Below, piece after piece: positions 58,305 to 64,000 of a stretch of 64,000 nucleotides of DNA; the first letter of the stretch is position 1, and the number at the start of each line of letters is the position of its first letter. A model generated the notes under the pieces. That model did no database searches, was not told the origin of the DNA, and was given only the letters and a program-made list of their open reading frames with translations. The translations under genes were made by a program, and so were the position numbers. Source of the stretch: Eledone cirrhosa (lineage: Eukaryota); contig OZ024740.1 of NCBI GenBank assembly GCA_964016885.1, positions 208,320,001-208,384,000 of the forward strand, written 5' to 3'.

Positions 58305-58635
58305 CATTTCTGAATTTGTTTAGCAAGATTCTTTATCTGAAAACGTGTGTTGAACACACAAAAACAAGATGGCGTAGGACAGAACAAAGGAGAGGCACAA
58401 AACAAAGAAAAGTATCCCCAGTCACTGAAGGGGTCAGAGAATGTGTGACGAAAGAACTTTGACAATATATGAACAACCGTCCGGTTGTGGAACCGAAAAA
58501 CCAACCGGAAATTTATAAATTGAAAAAAAAAAAAATTTCTTTATTTTTAATTTATAATAAATTGGAGTGAAAGCAACTGGTGCGTGTGTTTCTTATTGGC
58601 AACATGACCCTCCCAAAGTATAACAATATATATAT

Positions 58636-61576
58636 ATCCCACACCTTGTCTCCTCCCCCCCCCCACCCCACCGCTTCCCACCTCATCGTCCGCACCCACC
58701 GCACCCCCACTATCTACATCCTCCCCAAACTCCACAAACCCGACAACTGTTTCTCCTTCTCGGGTGAGTTTTACCAACAGGTCACGGCGGTAGCCATGGG
58801 CCCAAGAATGGGCCCAAACTATGCCAACCTTTTCGTTGGCCATGTTGAGGCCCAAATCTTTGCCCAGTACACCGGCCCAACGCCCGAACTGTACGGTCGT
58901 TACATCGACGACTGTATCGGAGCCACAAACCTCACCCGAGAACAGGTCGACTCCTTTCTTTCCTTCTTCTGCTCCTTCCACCCCTCCCTGCACTTCACCA
59001 CCTCTATCTCCACCACCCACGTCCACTTCTTAGACATCTCCTTCGCCATCGACCCCTCCCACCACTCCCTCGTCACCTCCACCTTCTTCAAACCCAGCGA
59101 CTCCCACTCCTTCCTCGACTTCACCTCCTCCCACCCTACACACACTAAACACTCTATTCCCTACTCCCAACTCCTCAGGATCCGCCGCCTCTGCATCCGA
59201 GAGGATGACTTTGAGTCCTAGGCCCTTTCCCTAGTCAGCCATTTCATCCGCAGAGGTTCCCCCCTCCCTCGTCCACACCGCCCTCACTCGCGCTCGTGCT
59301 GTCCACCGCTCCACCACTCCACCACCCTCACCCCACGCCACCGCACACCCACCCACCGTCTACCCTTCCCCATCACCTACCACGCCTCCATCCTACCCCT
59401 CCACCGCACCATCCTCCGTCTCTTCCGATGCCTCCAGTCCGACCCCTCCACCTCCCAGATCTTCCCATCCCCACCACTCCCCTCCTTCAAACGCGCACGC
59501 AATCTCCGCACCCTCCTCGTCTGCAGCTCCCTACTCTCCAATCCACGCCCCCCGCCCCCGGTTCCCTTCCCTGTTCCAGGCCTCATTGCAACACCTTCCC
59601 CCACATCACCAACACCACCACCTTCCAGGGTTCCAACGGCCACTCTCTCTGTGTCCGGCACGCCTTCCGCTGCACCTCCTCCAACCTAGTCTATGGACTT
59701 CGCTGCACGGAGTGTAGCGCAACCTACGTCGGACAGACTGGACGTCGCCTAGCGGACCGTTTCATCGAGCACCTCCGGGATATTCGTCTCGGCGGGAGAT
59801 CCCCCATCGCCCGCCACTTTGGCTCGCCTGGGCATTCCGCGCACCACCTCACAGTCTGTGGCCTACTCCAACGCCACGGAACACCCGCCACCCGCCTCAG
59901 GCTCGAACAACGCACCATCTTCACCCTACAGGCCCACACTCCCTCCGGCCTGAACTCCCCACCCCTATTTATTTAGCCTTCGACCGCCCCCCCCCCCCCC
60001 CCCCCCCCCCCCACACACACACACATAACCCCCACTAACACCACTAAAACACTCTTCCTTTTCACCGCCCACCCCACAACTAACTATACTAGCACCCCAG
60101 CCCCACCACCGACCACCCTCCCCAACTAACACTACTAACATCCCCCTCCCCCACTCCCCTATCACTCACACACCCACCGGTACATATATACACGCACTCA
60201 CACTATCCACACATCCTACTACCACCTGTAACCCTCACCCACACATCCTCTCCCACCCCACCACAACTAATACCACTAACATCCCCCAACCCCACGCACA
60301 CGAACAGACCCACCCACCCACACCCACTTACACCACCCACTCTACACACCCTACCACCACTGACCCCCACTAACACACCCGCATTCAACCCTTTCCCCAC
60401 CACCAGTATACTAACACCCACTAACTCATCCAAACACGCACACACACACCAGTACACTACACTCCCTCCACCATACCCCACACCTTTCTCTCCCTCTCCC
60501 CACACCATCCATACCCCTTCACCCAAACAATCAAATCCCACTAACACCTCTACTAATACACACCCCATCCCCCGCACGACCCCACCCCACTCTACCTTTC
60601 ACACCTACCCATCCTCTCCCCTGTCCACCGCACCTCCGCACACACTGACACACTGATTTTCTCCACCTGCCATTCTCCTCTACTGCTGCTATGCCTTGCC
60701 CCTTTGACCACTTCTCCGCACACACAGACACACAGCCCTCTCCACCTGTCATTCTCCTCTACCCTCCTCCTGCCTTGACCCTCTGTCCACTTCCTGTTGC
60801 GCGCGCACCCCACATCTCCCCTCTTCCGACCAACACAACCACGGATTACACACCATTGGCCATCGTTCCCACTATCAACTCCATCACATGGAAAATATCC
60901 GGCACTCACCATACCCTCTACGGAACTACCTTAGGAACTTACCCACGGACATACACTCACAAAATTTTTTTTTCGAACCATGCCACCTACATCCACAATA
61001 CGTATAAACACCACACACATGTGCGTACCCCCACATATATACACACTCAGCCTCCGGAATCCTCTCCCCTCCCCCCGTCTGACCCCTCCCCATCCACACG
61101 CACACACACACACACTAACCTACACCCCACCCCACACACACCTTTTCCTGAACATGGAACCTCTTTCTTCCCCCAACTCTCACATACACACATACACACA
61201 CACACGTACACCTACACACATACACCACCTTCAGCCCTCTCCGCTCGGACACCCCGCCTCCCTCTCCCCACCCCTACACGCCCCACACCCTTCCACCACT
61301 TGTTTATCTTCATGTTTATTTTTTTTTATTTGTATCCCTTCCACCGTTTTTCCTCCCTTTCCTCTCCCCGCCCCCCTTTTTCTAAATGTCTCTCCTCCAC
61401 TCCCCTACACACCCTCGGAACTCTCTTCCCACACACTTTTCGCCTGAAGAAGGGCTTATGCAACGAAACGTCGTCGTCGTCGTCGTCGTCGTCCCCCCCC
61501 CCCCACTCTCAAGAGCGTGAAACTAATAAACCTTTGTTCGTACTGCCTCTCTGTTTTGTTCCCGTTCCATTTTTCA
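58636..61576 (+). mobile_element. GC-rich PLE (possibly Neptune-type), internally deleted RT + GIY-YIG + C-rich 3' UTR
   Basis: LPKLHKP joined directly to FYQQVTAVAMG, then RYIDD, FLDI, SIPYSQ and CTSSNLVYGLRCTEC..YVGQTGR..RF.EH. Degenerate HHR CTGAAGA..GAAAC at 61444-61470. Confidence 0.88.
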
Positions 61577-61595
61577 CTATATATATATATATATA

Positions 61596-61979
61596 AGTAG
61601 AAGGGATATTTAATTTGTTGGAAATCCGACAAATATAAATATAAATGTTTATAATTGATTTAGAGCACTCAACTGTCTCCTGGAGTAAATATTCAATGAT
61701 ATTAAATAAATGGAAACTATGTTTAAATAAACGGTTGCTTTTCAATTATTTACATATTCATTTGCATATTCACCCATAAGTTTGAAAAATCCATAATACA
61801 TTTCCATTATGCAGGGAATATCCAACTGGTAAGGTATGATTTTCCTGGGTATGTCTCTATTTATGAAACAAACTTTGTATTTTATCTGAAGAAAGCATAC
61901 CAAAGTGTTTTGGTACCCTTGAAATATATATAATAAAATAAATATGGTTTTATAAGTATAGTTTCCATTTATTTAATAT

Positions 61980-61985
<6 letters not shown>
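61596..61985. mobile_element. Two-armed mini-element with HHR (61878-61940, +) and left tail
   Basis: Arms about 61692-61735 and 61945-61984. TATTTTAT-CTGAAGA..GAAA-TATATA-TA-ATAAAATA. The tail reads GTTGAGTGCT on the minus strand. Confidence 0.78.
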
Positions 61986-62027
<42 letters not shown>

Positions 62028-62598
62028 TTACATGCATTCAAACATACACACACATTCACACATACACACACATATACACATATATACATTCTTATAAATA
62101 TTCATATGCTTACATGCATACATACACACACACGCACATCCACAGATATACATACCTATACACATATAAACATACCTATAAATACATATATACTTACATG
62201 CATACATGTGTACATACACACACATGCACGCACACACACACACATATATATATATATATACATACTTATAAATATTTATATGCATACACGCATACATACA
62301 CGCGCGCGCGCACACATACTCATACATATACACATATATACATACCTATAAAAACATATATACTTACATGCATACATACGTACTTAGGCACACATACACA
62401 CACACATAAAAACACACACACATACACACACATACACACACACACACACACACACATACATACACATACACACACACATACATACACATACACACACATG
62501 CTTGTATTCGTGTCTGTTTTTCTATTTATCTGTCACCGATAGGATTTGAACTCAGAACATAGAAGATTGAAACTAACATGGTTTCTACACTTAGGACA

Positions 62599-63380
62599 TC
62601 TTGGGTAAGTGGCTTTCACAATAGCCAAAAGTTAACAAATACCTCGTCAATGAAACGTGAGAGCTGGCTTCTTGGGTAAGTGACTTTCCCAATAATCATA
62701 GGTTAACAAATACCTTCTCAGTGAAACGTGAGAGCTGGCTTCTTGGGTAAGTGACTTTCCCAATAATCATAGGTTAACAAATACCTTGTCAATGAAACGT
62801 GAGAGCTGGCTTCTTGGGTAAGTGACTTTCACAATAATCATAGGTTAACAAATACCTTCTCAATGAAACGTGAGAGCTGGCTTCTTGGGTAAGTGACTTT
62901 CCCAATAATCATAGGTTAACAAATACCTTGTCAATGAAACGTGAGAGCTGGCTTCTTGGGTAAGTGACTTTCACAATAATCATAGGTTAACAAATACCTT
63001 CTCAGTGAAACGTGAGAGCTGGCTTCTTGGGTAAGTGACTTTCCCAATAATCATAGGTTAACAAATACCTTGTCAATGAAACGTGAGAGCTGGCTTCTTG
63101 GGTAAGTGACTTTCACAATAATCATAGGTTAACAAATACCTTCTCAATGAAACGTGAGAGCTGGCTTCTTGGGTAAGTGACTTTCACAATAATCATAGGT
63201 TAACAAATACCTTGTCAATGAAACGTGAGAGCTGGCTTCTTGGGTAAGTGACTTTCACAATAATCATAGGTTAACAAATACCTTCTCAGTGAAACGTGAG
63301 AGCTGGCTTCTTGGGTAAGTGACTTTCTCAATAGCCATAGGTTAACAAATATCTTCTCAGTGAAAGGGGAGTGCTGGCCA
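62599..63380. repeat. 71-bp minisatellite (~11 units)
   Basis: CTTGGGTAAGTGACTTT recurs at 62671, 62742 and onward. Confidence 0.93.
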
Positions 63381-63807
63381 GAATGCTTACAGTTGAGTGA
63401 ACTCCTCTAAAAGTACTCAGAGGTCAGGGGCTGGTGTTGAACCGGACGGCAGATCATGTCTACCAATAAAATAAGCCTTAGCGAGATTTAAACTCGGGAT
63501 GCAAGGGGTTGGAGTAAATACTTGGGAATATTTGAATGAAGAAAAACAGAGACATCGAAGGTGATATAGGAACTATAAATAGAATCAGACAATAAATAAA
63601 TATTTATCAACGACAGTAGTAATTAGGGTCGGATTTAATGGGGGAAAGGGGACCCCACCAGCGACGGCCATAGCAATTTATGTGTGCCCTCAGCTGGGCT
63701 TTGTAGTTTTAGGATGGTCAGAATTTTTCTAATTTAATACCTGTTTGCATAAGTGAAGGTCTAAATCCAACCCTGGTAGTAATATTATAAAACAAATGTT
63801 CTCTTAC

Positions 63808-64000
63808 TTGTATGTCGTTGTCATTGGAGTCATAGGATGGCGATACTGACTGTTGTGGCATCACTGTTATGTCTTCACTGGAGCCATAGGCTTCACTTCC
63901 TGCAAAATAATTCATAACGGAAGTTGTGGTATCGACGACTTCCGTTTTAACAATATGTCTGTTGTCATCTAAATTCTGGTTCTGACTGGTTGAATGATTC
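63808..64000 (-). CDS. Candidate host exon (partial): NHSTSQNQNLDDNRHIVKTEVVDTTTSVMNYFAGSEAYGSSEDITVMPQQSVSPSYDSNDNDIQ
   Basis: Frame open to the window edge, CAA|GTAAGA donor (phase 0) and a VKTE SUMO-type motif. Confidence 0.6.

Overview
Eukaryotic, AT-rich, microsatellite-saturated DNA. It is most likely a coleoid cephalopod (octopus-like), inferred from recalled resemblance of the tRNA-headed SINEs and the repeat landscape. Almost all of the window is transposon debris, probably lying in the introns of one minus-strand host gene (candidate exons at >64000-63808, 46774-46650, 45947-45773 and 24576-24433). It holds decayed Penelope-like elements (PLEs, RT plus C-terminal GIY-YIG), RLE-type (R4/Dong-like) non-LTR copies in (TACA)n, an internally deleted Helitron with an intron-containing ORF, an RTE fragment, SINEs, a Tc1/mariner MITE and several minisatellites. 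The most striking signal is a repeated architecture seen in about 15 insertions from several dissimilar families in (AT)n tracts. Two outward-facing PLE 3' ends form an inverted repeat, usually carrying a type I hammerhead ribozyme (HHR). Typically only one arm carries an extra 'tail', in most cases with a shared RTYGAGYNCY motif. The smallest are 100-700 bp palindromes, some with two HHRs. Some appear to join arms from two different families, and one family has a covarying U3:A8 HHR core. Most ORFs in the supplied track are microsatellite artefacts.
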